From contig CAXXKA010000008.1 in assembly GCA_963668625.2 (NCBI GenBank), positions 1,088,001 to 1,152,000 of the forward strand: a stretch of 64,000 bases of DNA, read 5' to 3'. The translations under genes and the position numbers were made by a program. Numbering within the stretch: the stretch's first letter is position 1; every line of letters starts with the position of its first letter. The notes below the pieces were generated by a model that searched no databases, was not told the DNA's origin, and saw only the letters and a program-made list of their open reading frames with translations. This document shows, piece after piece, positions 10,823 to 18,536 of this stretch. The DNA comes from an uncultured candidate division Zixibacteria bacterium. Lineage in GTDB: Bacteria > Zixibacteria > MSB-5A5 > UBA10806 > 4484-95.

Positions 10823-10850
10823 GTAAGGGCAAGACATGTCGTGCCTTTTG
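10823..10850. repeat. degenerate GTAG-type REP-like palindrome
   Basis: GTAAGGGCAAGACATGTCGTGCCTTTTG is an imperfect hairpin resembling GTAGGGGCACG..CGTGCCCCTAC REPs. Confidence 0.4.
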
Positions 10851-11027
10851 GGGGGTTGATGATATATTAGATTCATTATACCGCAAGTATTCCTTACGAG
10901 GTTTTCTCCACTCTGCGACTTTCTTTGAGGTCAGGCTAATTTTACGTTATTATCGAATCAGCCCTTGTTGAGTATAATATCGTTTAGTATATTGGCGTTT
11001 TTAATATAAAAGTGAAACGGAATAAGT

Positions 11028-12002
11028 ATGCCCCAAAATATCAACGCCCGTGAGGATTATATATCCCGCATAAATAAAGTGATGGACTATATCGAGGCCA
11101 ATCTCGATAGCGAATTACAGCTTAACGAACTGGCGAAAGTAGCTAGTTTCTCGCCATTCCATTTTCATCGCATTTTTAAAGGTATGGTCGGTGAGACCTT
11201 GCGAAATTACATTCAGAGATTGAGGGTTGAGAAAGCCGCTAACATGCTTCTGTTAATGCCGAAAAAATCGATCACCGAGGTTGCTTTGGATTGCGGTTTC
11301 GCATCCTCGGCTCATTTCGCGCGGGTGTTCAAGGAGACCTATGGTGTGAGCGCCAGCAAATGGCGTGAGGGGGGGTATAGCAATTTCAGAAAAACGGATG
11401 GCAAGGATAATCAATCATTGAGCAAGACCGTGAAAGAAACATCCGATATAGACAGTTATCTTGATCCAGTAACATCTAACATAATATGGAGGATTAAGAT
11501 GAGTGGCAAAAGCAATCTGGAATTGAAAGTGGTGGTCAGGGATATAGAGGATATACACGTTGTCTATATCAGGCATACCGGGCCGTATAAAGCCGATGAG
11601 GCCCTGTTCCAGCGTCTGTTCATGAAACTGGCGCAATGGGCGCAGCCGCGAGGGTTGTTCTCGCCGGAGACAAAGTCATTAACAATCTATCATGATGACC
11701 CGAATATCACCGATGAGGAGAAACTCCGGATAAGTGTCTGTTTCAGTGTGCCTGAGGGCACCGAGGTTGATGGCGAGATCGGCAAGACCACGATCAAGGC
11801 GGGCAAATACGCAGTTGCCAGTTTCGAGATCGGCTCCGACCAATTCGAGGAAGCCTGGACCTCGGTATACAGCGACTGGTTACCTCAAAGCGGCTATCAA
11901 CCGGATGACCGCCCGTGTTTCGAGCTTTGTCTCAACGATCCCAGGACGCATCCCGAGGGCAAGCATATTGTCGATATCTACGTGCCGGTCAAGCCGCTGT
12001 AG
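11028..12002 (+). CDS. AraC-family regulator with C-terminal GyrI-like ligand domain
   Basis: LAKVASFSPFHFHRIFK; ITEVALDCGFASSAHFARVFK; RHTGPY...YHDDP...WLPQSGYQPD. Confidence 0.93.
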   Translation: MPQNINAREDYISRINKVMDYIEANLDSELQLNELAKVASFSPFHFHRIFKGMVGETLRNYIQRLRVEKAANMLLLMPKKSITEVALDCGFASSAHFARVFKETYGVSASKWREGGYSNFRKTDGKDNQSLSKTVKETSDIDSYLDPVTSNIIWRIKMSGKSNLELKVVVRDIEDIHVVYIRHTGPYKADEALFQRLFMKLAQWAQPRGLFSPETKSLTIYHDDPNITDEEKLRISVCFSVPEGTEVDGEIGKTTIKAGKYAVASFEIGSDQFEEAWTSVYSDWLPQSGYQPDDRPCFELCLNDPRTHPEGKHIVDIYVPVKPL

Positions 12003-12025
12003 ATATTCGCTTGAGATGAGTACAG

Positions 12026-12059
12026 GTGTCAGGATGAAAGCGAGGCGACATCCTGACAC
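12026..12059. terminator. hairpin between convergent genes
   Basis: GTGTCAGGATG-N12-CATCCTGACAC, a perfect 11-bp inverted repeat. Confidence 0.6.
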
Positions 12060-12097
12060 AGTTTTAATTCCGGGCATCAAACCGATACAATGACAGG

Positions 12098-12580
12098 TTA
12101 TCTTACCGAATCCTTACTGAAAATGTAACCGGCGTTGCGACGGTATTTGCCATCCTTACGAGTCATCATTTTCTCCATGATGAATTCCCGACGCACGAAA
12201 CAGAAATCCTCGTGGTATTTCAGGATTATCTCGTTTACCTCTTTTTCGGGGTAGACACGATTGAACTCGAAATCCTTGAGTATGAATTCGAGAATGTATT
12301 TCCTTTTCTTGCGTTGCGCCGGCAAAGTCTGGAAATAGCCGTCAACCATGAAATTATTAACTACCTTCTTACCGGGATCGGCTTGAGATTTATTGGAATG
12401 CTTTTCCAACCACTGAATTAGATCCGATTCCTTGATCCGCCAATCCTTACCGATTTTATAACCCGGTATCTCTCCGTACTTTAGCTTACGTGAAATGACC
12501 TGCACATTCATTTTCAGTAATTCAGCAACCTCGGTAGTGGTGTAGAATTTGAGTTCCGGCGTATTGTCCAATTCGTTCAT
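12098..12580 (-). CDS. excisionase-type HTH fused to a DUF2087-like domain
   Basis: YTTTEVAELLK...GEIPGYKIGKDWRI, then LPAQRKKR...YPEKEVNEII..HEDF..VRREFI. Confidence 0.8.
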   Translation of the reverse strand: MNELDNTPELKFYTTTEVAELLKMNVQVISRKLKYGEIPGYKIGKDWRIKESDLIQWLEKHSNKSQADPGKKVVNNFMVDGYFQTLPAQRKKRKYILEFILKDFEFNRVYPEKEVNEIILKYHEDFCFVRREFIMEKMMTRKDGKYRRNAGYIFSKDSVR

Positions 12581-12629
12581 TTATTCCTCACTATTATTCA
12601 CTATTGATCATTATATCATTCTTTAGTGT

Positions 12630-12657
12630 ATTATAATGTATTTTGCAGTATTATCAA
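12630..12657 (-). promoter_or_regulatory. sigma70-type promoter of the HTH-DUF2087 gene
   Basis: TTGATA-N16-TATAAT on the minus strand, ending ~10 bp outside the IS left end. Confidence 0.5.
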
Positions 12658-12721
12658 GTGTTTTGTTGGTGGTGTCCTTATTTGAAATTCTCGCAGACTG
12701 AACAAATGTTCAGGAGGTAAG

Positions 12722-13035
12722 ATGCTTGATTATAAACCGGAAAAAAAGAAAAATTTTTTCCACCATTAGATAAGGGGATAAAGACATATGTCTTAATTTT
12801 GCGTGATAATGGAGTTGAAACCTATGAATCGTGTGAAGGAGGTGAAGGCCATGCGTTTCCAGAACCAACGATTCGATTTGATGGCGAATATTATGCTGGT
12901 TTTGAAGCTCTTGCGATTGCTTTGGCTTATAATCTACCAGTCTCGGAACTAAGAAGGGTCTATTCTATAGATAACGGTGAACCAACTGGGCCGTGGTGGG
13001 AGCTGACCTTCACCCCTACCACAGATTTGATTTAG
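12722..13035 (+). CDS. small passenger protein with TYW3-like motif; the RBS-linked start needs a -1 shift
   Basis: AGGAGGT RBS and ATG 12722; A_AAA_AAG at 12742-12748 leads into the frame encoding FFPPLDKGIKTYVLILRDNGVETYESCEGGEGHAFPEPTIRF. Confidence 0.6.
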
Positions 13036-13199
13036 TGCTTGTGTTTATGACCGGATTTTTGACATTCCTTGCAAAGACGTTTTCCGCCTTTCCCGGGTGT
13101 CATATTTCTATCTTCAATGTTATTGCCGGTTGTACAGTTTGTGTCATTGTGGTAGACATTAGTTTGTTGTTTCGAGTGCCAGGGTTTCTTTTTAGCCAT
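13032..13199 (-). CDS. 55-aa small putative Zn-binding protein (below ORF-track cutoff)
   Basis: AAGGAG RBS; MAKKKPWHSKQQTNVYHNDTNCTTGNNIEDRNMTPGKGGKRLCKECQKSGHKHKH with an H-x4-C...CxxC ligand set. Confidence 0.75.
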   Translation of the reverse strand: MAKKKPWHSKQQTNVYHNDTNCTTGNNIEDRNMTPGKGGKRLCKECQKSGHKHKH

Positions 13200-13234
13200 G
13201 ATTTGCTCCTTTTTTGATTGGTTCTTTGAAAATA

Positions 13235-13620
13235 GAATTTTAAGCGACCCAATGGCGATACGGCTTTTCTTTCCCCCGTGTCCTCAAGTGTTTTTCGGTT
13301 CCTCATACGAGACCTGCCGAAGCGCAAAAGAGGGGAGCTCTCTCGTAAAGTATCGCCTGCAATATCCTGTTAAGGACCATCGTTATTAAGGTAACGTAGT
13401 GGGGCCATCTGAGGCGACCTAAACCAACAATGTCGGTTCGGTTCGTGTCATCCGGTTATCCCTTCTTGCATTTATGGGTCTTTTCCACCCCGTGTTTACG
13501 AGACCTAATTATCCTTAACTAATTAGGTAGTGCCTTGGGGGCGTCCAAAAATTTCCTAAAAACATCACCTATCCTTTCGGGAATGAGTTGAAGGTTATTA
13601 ACGGATGCCCCTTTCGGGGT
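13235..13620 (-). ncRNA. candidate structured non-coding RNA downstream of the transposase
   Basis: No convincing ORF; GAAA and UUCG tetraloop hairpins on the minus strand and several nested 7-8 bp helices. Confidence 0.4.
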
Positions 13621-13621
13621 T

Positions 13622-14434
13622 CTATATCAAAATCTCCTGCCAATTACCAAAACGAGTTGTAATGCCTGCGGCAATTGCAGGGGTTGTTTTTAGTGTTCTA
13701 TGAAGCCTTATAAAGTTGTAGTGCCAGAAGTGAAGTGCTAAGGCCGCCTTTAAATTAGCTAATTTCTTTGAAAATGCAATAGTTAATCTATTCAATCGTT
13801 TCATATAGGTTCTCATGGTAAGATTCTGCCTTTCAATATAAGACGTGCAAATCTTGTCAGGGTCAGGGTTTCCGCATATTATACTTATATCAATATCCTT
13901 TAATCGTGATGGGCTATAGCCCTCTCTTTTTATATTACCGTCACTGTGATAGCGTTTCGATAATTGGGCATAATGAATCATTGTACCGAATGTCCAGAGA
14001 ACAGCACCAGTATAGCCGTTAAAGCCGTCTGTGGTTAATTGAAAGTTCGGTTTTACACGCCGTTTTAATTGTCTCATAAACATATAGGCGTAATCTGAGG
14101 TTCTTTGACCGACTAAATATAGCGGGACGAGTTTAGTGTCTCTATCCATAGCGACATATACATAATGACTGCCGAGTCCGTCACTATCCCACGGCTTTAC
14201 GTTTGTTTGTTTCTTGCCTACATACGTCCAGATTTCATCACACTCTAAATGCTTACATTCTAAATCGTGAAAACATTGACTCATGTAGTAGAGGCAATTT
14301 TCCCCTGCACTAACCATTAATCGCATAATAGTATCCCTGTGAACGCCTGTGATGCGTTCTATGCCCCGTATGCTATTGCCCTCTACCAGTAAATTCAAAA
14401 TCATTTCCTGTTTTTCTGTTTTAAGTCGGTTCAT
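13622..14434 (-). CDS. IS1-family DDE transposase (single ORF with N-terminal HTH)
   Basis: LLVEGNSIRGIERITGVHRDTI HTH; CDEIWTYVGKK, TTDG, IERQNLTMR..KRLNRLT.AFSKK, HYNF; in-frame upstream ATG at 14479. Confidence 0.9.
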   Translation of the reverse strand: MNRLKTEKQEMILNLLVEGNSIRGIERITGVHRDTIMRLMVSAGENCLYYMSQCFHDLECKHLECDEIWTYVGKKQTNVKPWDSDGLGSHYVYVAMDRDTKLVPLYLVGQRTSDYAYMFMRQLKRRVKPNFQLTTDGFNGYTGAVLWTFGTMIHYAQLSKRYHSDGNIKREGYSPSRLKDIDISIICGNPDPDKICTSYIERQNLTMRTYMKRLNRLTIAFSKKLANLKAALALHFWHYNFIRLHRTLKTTPAIAAGITTRFGNWQEILI

Positions 14435-14444
14435 GGCTTTTCCC

Positions 14445-14554
14445 TTGACTATTTGAGCGGGAAAGCCGATAATTAACATGGTTCGACTAAGCGGCTCACC
14501 CCGCTTGGTTGATACTTACCCGTCCCGATGTGACCGCATCGGGCGGGAGTTTTT
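14445..14554 (+). ncRNA. antisense sRNA unit 1 with own promoter
   Basis: TTGACT-N17-GATAAT (14445-14473), hairpins CGACTAAGCGG/CCGCTTGGTTG and CCCGATG/CATCGGG, then a T-run. Confidence 0.6.
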
Positions 14555-14559
14555 AAGGG

Positions 14560-14591
14560 GGATAGCCTATCGGAAAACCGACAGACTATCC
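14560..14591 (-). promoter_or_regulatory. 14-bp RNA hairpin in the transposase leader
   Basis: GGATAGTCTGTCGG-TTTT-CCGATAGGCTATCC is fully paired (two G-U) only on the minus strand. Confidence 0.55.
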
Positions 14592-14603
14592 AGAAAAAAA
14601 TAT

Positions 14604-14696
14604 TTAAGTTTTTATAGGTGGTGGCGGGCGTGGTATAATTAGGCAAGTTTTTAAGAAAACACTTGCCAAACCAATGTAATTATTGTATAATAACAT
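14604..14696 (-). CDS. putative 30-aa leader or toxin-like peptide MLLYNNYIGLASVFLKTCLIIPRPPPPIKT
   Basis: GGAAGGGG RBS-like sequence before ATG 14696; hydrophobic core then RPPPP; RBS overlapped by antisense sRNA 2. Confidence 0.4.
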   Translation of the reverse strand: MLLYNNYIGLASVFLKTCLIIPRPPPPIKT

Positions 14697-14760
14697 CACA
14701 ATCGAACCCCTTCCAAAGGGTTTAAAGTTGGCCGGACTGCTGCAATCAGTTCGGCTTTTT
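14663..14760 (+). ncRNA. antisense sRNA unit 2 with own promoter
   Basis: TTGCCA-N17-TATAAT (14663-14691), hairpins GAACCC/GGGTTT and GGCCGGACTG/CAGTTCGGCT, then a T-run. Confidence 0.65.
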
Positions 14761-15184
14761 AATTGTTAGGTTCTTGCGAACCAGCAACGTCAGGCCTTAA
14801 TGCCTTATAGAGGCCTACATCAACCTTCTCGATCTTTTTGCCCTTGACCAAGTTACTAAGCATGGCAAACATAGCCCCTTCAAAGCTTTTGGCTGTAGAT
14901 TTATAGCCTTTTCTTAGTACTATTTGCCTGATTTGTTTAGCCCTTAATGATTTAGGGTAAACTTCTGTCAGGGTTTGGACAACATAAGATCCTAAAGACT
15001 GAGGCGTGCTATTATCGGTTGTAAGGTCAAAAGTCTCGCCCTCTGTCTCAACATTTAGGGGGATTTGCCCTTGATACCTATTAAGCATACGCCTAACTGC
15101 CTCTAAGTCAGCGTTTAACGCCTTGATCTGTTGCGTTAAGTCTTGTTCAATCTTTTGTAGGTTTTGTACAATTTCTTTACTCAT
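14759..15184 (-). CDS. passenger protein: coiled coil plus winged helix-turn-helix
   Basis: LQKIEQDLTQQIKALNADLEAVRRML coiled coil; SLRAKQIRQIV...AMLSNLVKGKKIEKVDVGLYKA wHTH-like; ATG 15184 preferred over 15319. Confidence 0.65.
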   Translation of the reverse strand: MSKEIVQNLQKIEQDLTQQIKALNADLEAVRRMLNRYQGQIPLNVETEGETFDLTTDNSTPQSLGSYVVQTLTEVYPKSLRAKQIRQIVLRKGYKSTAKSFEGAMFAMLSNLVKGKKIEKVDVGLYKALRPDVAGSQEPNN

Positions 15185-15257
15185 ACCCCAAATATAACAT
15201 AAATGATTCTGGAACACAAGTATTTTTTTAAGAAATCTTGGTTTTTCTTGCATTAGT

Positions 15258-15293
15258 GTGGGTTTACTTGTGGGTTTACTTGTGGGTTTACTT
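15258..15293. repeat. 3 x 12-bp tandem repeat GTGGGTTTACTT
   Basis: Three perfect copies plus a degenerate fourth, ~35 bp inside the IS end. Confidence 0.9.
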
Positions 15294-15590
15294 ATGGGTA
15301 TGTTATTATCTATAGACATATATAGCCTCTTTTGTTTTTAAATTAGGTAAAAGAAAGGAAAATAAAATTGAGGAATTAAAAATGAAAAAAAAGAATAAGA
15401 AACTGACCTTTCCTGGTTTCCAAGCGCTGCTTGGAAACCTTCTTGAGTTATGTAGAATACGCATTCTGCAGGCAAACAAGCCATGTTACGAAGCAGCGCC
15501 TCTCAACGAGATGGAAAGACCAGACAGTAGTGATGTACAAATTTTATCGAAGTTAGGATTCCCAGATTATGTCCCAATCCCCCTTTCAGC

Positions 15591-15617
15591 CGTAACTTAT
15601 CCTCCGGCCTTGCGTAT
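15591..15617 (+). promoter_or_regulatory. ECF-sigma-type promoter upstream of the ABC transporter
   Basis: CGTAACT-N15-CGTAT; same spacing as three other sites. Confidence 0.5.
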
Positions 15618-15657
15618 CATTTTATGTGTCAGTTACATAATAACTTAATAATACCGT

Positions 15658-16350
15658 ATGGACGCGATGAGCAATCCCTGGATCAAGATAGAGAACATAT
15701 CACGGCATTATAAACGAGCCAGATCAACCGTGCGAGCCCTGGATGGCGTTTCGATTGCCATAAAACGCGGTGAGTTCGTGGCCATTGTCGGCTCCTCGGG
15801 CTCGGGTAAATCCACGCTTCTAAATCTGATAGCCGGACTCGATCATCCCACCGCCGGTAGTATCATCCTCGATGGCCTCGACTTGAACGATCTAACACCG
15901 CGCGCCAAAGCCAGAATCAGGGCCGAGAAAATCGGTATGGTGTTCCAATCGTTTAACCTTCTGCCGCAACACTCGGCGATAATGAATGTCGAGATGGCCC
16001 TGTATTTCGATAAGATGCCCCGGCATAAACGTCACGGGAAAGCTCTCGAGACTATGGAGAAACTGGGCCTGGCGGAGCGTTTAAACCATCGCCCGGCAGA
16101 TTTATCCGGCGGCGAACAACAGCGGGTGGCATTCGCCAGGGCGCTGGTGAAATCACCGGAGCTGCTTCTGGCGGATGAGCCAACCGGCAATCTCGATAAG
16201 GATAACTCAGCGATAATCATGGGATTAATGAAAGAGCTTAATTCCGGCGGGCAAACTATTATCATGGTAACGCACGACTTGAAATCGGCGGAGCAGATCG
16301 CCGACAGGCTTATAAGATTAAATTACGGAAAACTTTCCGAGGATAGTTAG
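15658..16350 (+). CDS. ABC transporter ATP-binding protein (LolD/MacB type)
   Basis: GSSGSGKS Walker A, LSGGEQQRV signature, LLADEPTGNLD, VTHD. Confidence 0.95.
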   Translation: MDAMSNPWIKIENISRHYKRARSTVRALDGVSIAIKRGEFVAIVGSSGSGKSTLLNLIAGLDHPTAGSIILDGLDLNDLTPRAKARIRAEKIGMVFQSFNLLPQHSAIMNVEMALYFDKMPRHKRHGKALETMEKLGLAERLNHRPADLSGGEQQRVAFARALVKSPELLLADEPTGNLDKDNSAIIMGLMKELNSGGQTIIMVTHDLKSAEQIADRLIRLNYGKLSEDS

Positions 16351-16363
16351 AGGATATAGCGGT

Positions 16364-17833
16364 ATGACTTTCAGAGATTTAGTCGAGCTGTCGTTTTCCA
16401 ATCTCTACCGGACAAAACTTCGCACCCTGCTAACCGTGAGTGGCGTCATTATTGCTATATCAACATTTACGGCTATGATCTCGTTCGGCGCGGGCAATCA
16501 GCAACTGGTCAACGATACGTATAAGGATCTGGGCTTATTTACCAGTATGAAAGTTTACCCTATAGAATCCCCCGCCGAGGGTGATTCTATCGAACCGGGC
16601 ATACTTAATAAAGAGGCCGTATCGGAACTGGCTAAAATTCCGGGAGTTGTTTTAGCATATCCGTTCGTGGATTTCACCGTCACCGCCGGAGTGCTAGACA
16701 CCCAGATAACGAGCGAGGCGCGGGCTTTGCCGGTGGAGGCGCTCGATACTCCGATTATGCGAAAACTTCTCAATGGTTATGCGTTTTCCTCCGATTCGGC
16801 TAAAGAGGCGATAGTCACCCCGGCGTTCATCGAAAAGCTAAATACCGAATATCCCGATTCACTGATAGGCAAGGAACTGATCGTATCGCTTCAAATAGCC
16901 AGCCTCGATTCGGCTCTTATAAATGTTCTGGATGATAACGAAACCACATTATACGATAGATTCGAGGCTCTCGATCCCGATTCACTTCTGTATATGAAAT
17001 ATATCAGGCGAGTTGCCAGGCAGGAACTCGGCGAGGGAATCAAACGGTTAATCGATGGCTTTTTCAACCGCACCATGACAGTTGCCGATACCCTGACGAT
17101 AGTCGGGATAGGCGAAAAACAGCGTCAACGCCAGTTTACCCTTTCACCTATTGTCATGCCTGAGCGTACGGCCAGACTGTTGACCACCGCCGGTTTCGGT
17201 ATCGGAAACGACCCGCTTTCGCTTTTCGAGGCGATGAGAAGCGGCGAGTTTTTTCCGTCTGACGGCTCGGAGCGTGATGAGACTTATCCTCGGGTTACAT
17301 TGGAACTAGATCCGTATGTTTCTTACGAGGGCATTAAGGATTCTGTCGAGGCGATGGGATTCCGGGCGTTCAGTTATGCCGAGGAGTTCAAGGAGATACA
17401 GCGGTTCTTTCTGTATTTCAACGCTGCCCTGGGTGTTGTCGGTTTAATCGCTTTGATGACCGCCTCGCTGGGGATCATCAATACCCTGTTGATGTCCATA
17501 AACGAGCGCCGTAAGGAGATAGGTATTCTTCAATCGCTAGGCGCTTACCGCACCGATATATGGGTGATTTTCCTGTCGGAGTCGGGGGCCATCGGTTTTG
17601 CCGGGAGCGTATTCGGCATAATTTTCGGCTGGCTGGGTACACGAGCGATGGCATTCGTATTAAAACTTATAATGGAGAATGAGGGGATTCCGGTAGTCGA
17701 TCCGTTCGCGTTACCATTCTGGCTTATCGGTTTATCTATGGTTTTCGGGATTTCGGTCAGTATTCTTGCCGGCTTATACCCGGCAGCTAAAGCCGCCCGG
17801 GTGGATCCTGTAGAGGCATTGAGAGGCGAATAG
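16364..17833 (+). CDS. ABC transporter permease (MacB/FtsX family)
   Basis: KLRTLLTVSGV; GIINTLLMSINERRKEIGILQSLGA; GLYPAAKAARVDPVEALR. Confidence 0.92.
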   Translation: MTFRDLVELSFSNLYRTKLRTLLTVSGVIIAISTFTAMISFGAGNQQLVNDTYKDLGLFTSMKVYPIESPAEGDSIEPGILNKEAVSELAKIPGVVLAYPFVDFTVTAGVLDTQITSEARALPVEALDTPIMRKLLNGYAFSSDSAKEAIVTPAFIEKLNTEYPDSLIGKELIVSLQIASLDSALINVLDDNETTLYDRFEALDPDSLLYMKYIRRVARQELGEGIKRLIDGFFNRTMTVADTLTIVGIGEKQRQRQFTLSPIVMPERTARLLTTAGFGIGNDPLSLFEAMRSGEFFPSDGSERDETYPRVTLELDPYVSYEGIKDSVEAMGFRAFSYAEEFKEIQRFFLYFNAALGVVGLIALMTASLGIINTLLMSINERRKEIGILQSLGAYRTDIWVIFLSESGAIGFAGSVFGIIFGWLGTRAMAFVLKLIMENEGIPVVDPFALPFWLIGLSMVFGISVSILAGLYPAAKAARVDPVEALRGE

Positions 17834-17837
17834 TCGA

Positions 17838-18521
17838 TTAATGTTTGGCGTGATGTTTATTTTTTGATTTGGGTTTATCCTTAAACAGCTTATCGTAAAT
17901 ATCAGGGTATAACTGCTCGGCGCAATCGGGGCATATGCCGTGACTGAATTGAACATCTGAATGGTCTTTCACATAAACCTCGACCTCGCTCCAATAGCCG
18001 TCATCATCCCTTACTTTCTTACAGTTGGCACAGATGGGCAGGAGGCCGCTGAGTATTTTAACATCCTCGAGCGCCTTGCTTAGCCGCGTATTCTTGTCTT
18101 TAAGCTCGTCTCTTTGACGGCGAATTTCCTTGTACGAGTCAGCCAGCATTAGAATGGAACGCACGCGAGCCATGATTTCTATTTTATCTATTGGCTTACG
18201 AATGAAGTCAACCGCGCCCGCCTCTAAGGCGGTTCGAAGGTTTTTGGAGGAGGTCATTACACCGCTGGCAACGATGACCGGGATGCTTTCGGTGATACTG
18301 TTTTTCTTGAGATTGATGATAGCCTCGATACCCGACATCCCCGGCATCTCCCAATCGGTGATAATCAAATCGGGAACGATTTTTTCGGCAAGTTTATAGC
18401 CCGATTCGCCATCGGTTGCCTGGTACATCTTGTAAGGCTCGCCGGTTTCCTCCAAATGATTTACTATAATTTCGATATTTATCGGTTGATCATCGATAAT
18501 CAGTATTTTGCGCTCATCCAT
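17838..18521 (-). CDS. response regulator with C-terminal Cys-rich (Zn-finger-like) domain
   Basis: ILIIDD, LIITDWEMP, FIRKP receiver motifs; LLPICANCKKVRDDDGYW...FSHGICPDC. Confidence 0.9.
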   Translation of the reverse strand: MDERKILIIDDQPINIEIIVNHLEETGEPYKMYQATDGESGYKLAEKIVPDLIITDWEMPGMSGIEAIINLKKNSITESIPVIVASGVMTSSKNLRTALEAGAVDFIRKPIDKIEIMARVRSILMLADSYKEIRRQRDELKDKNTRLSKALEDVKILSGLLPICANCKKVRDDDGYWSEVEVYVKDHSDVQFSHGICPDCAEQLYPDIYDKLFKDKPKSKNKHHAKH

Positions 18522-18536
18522 AAATCTAACTCTTAT

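Larger units (their letters stand above)
12668..15327 (-). mobile_element. IS1-family element carrying passenger genes (2660 bp)
   Basis: Ends GGTGGTGTCCTTATTTGAAAT (12668) and GGCTATATATGTC (reverse strand from 15327); flanks TGTTTTGTT (12659-12667) and TCTTTTGTT (15328-15336) match 8/9; internal DDE transposase; visibly AT-richer than neighbours. Confidence 0.8.

Noticed and set aside
13240-13270. AGCCGTAT on the minus strand, resembling group II intron domain V
   Set aside because: The 3' half of domain V (..CACGTACGGTTC) is absent and there is no reverse transcriptase nearby.
13235-13620. Possible known riboswitch or group I intron
   Set aside because: I could not find c-di-GMP-I, SAM, T-box or group I core motifs by eye; kept only as an unclassified structured region.
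15258-15293. Possible CRISPR array
   Set aside because: 12-bp units with no spacers, and no cas genes in the window.
15185-15319. N-terminal extension of the wHTH ORF containing (KPTS)n
   Set aside because: It starts 8 bp from the IS end with no room for an RBS and merely translates the DNA repeat; ATG 15184 is more plausible.
15382-15648. 88-aa ORF with GAGGA RBS just outside the IS
   Set aside because: No recognisable motif, and it runs through the ECF-type promoter of the ABC operon; it cannot be supported, though a short real gene is not excluded.
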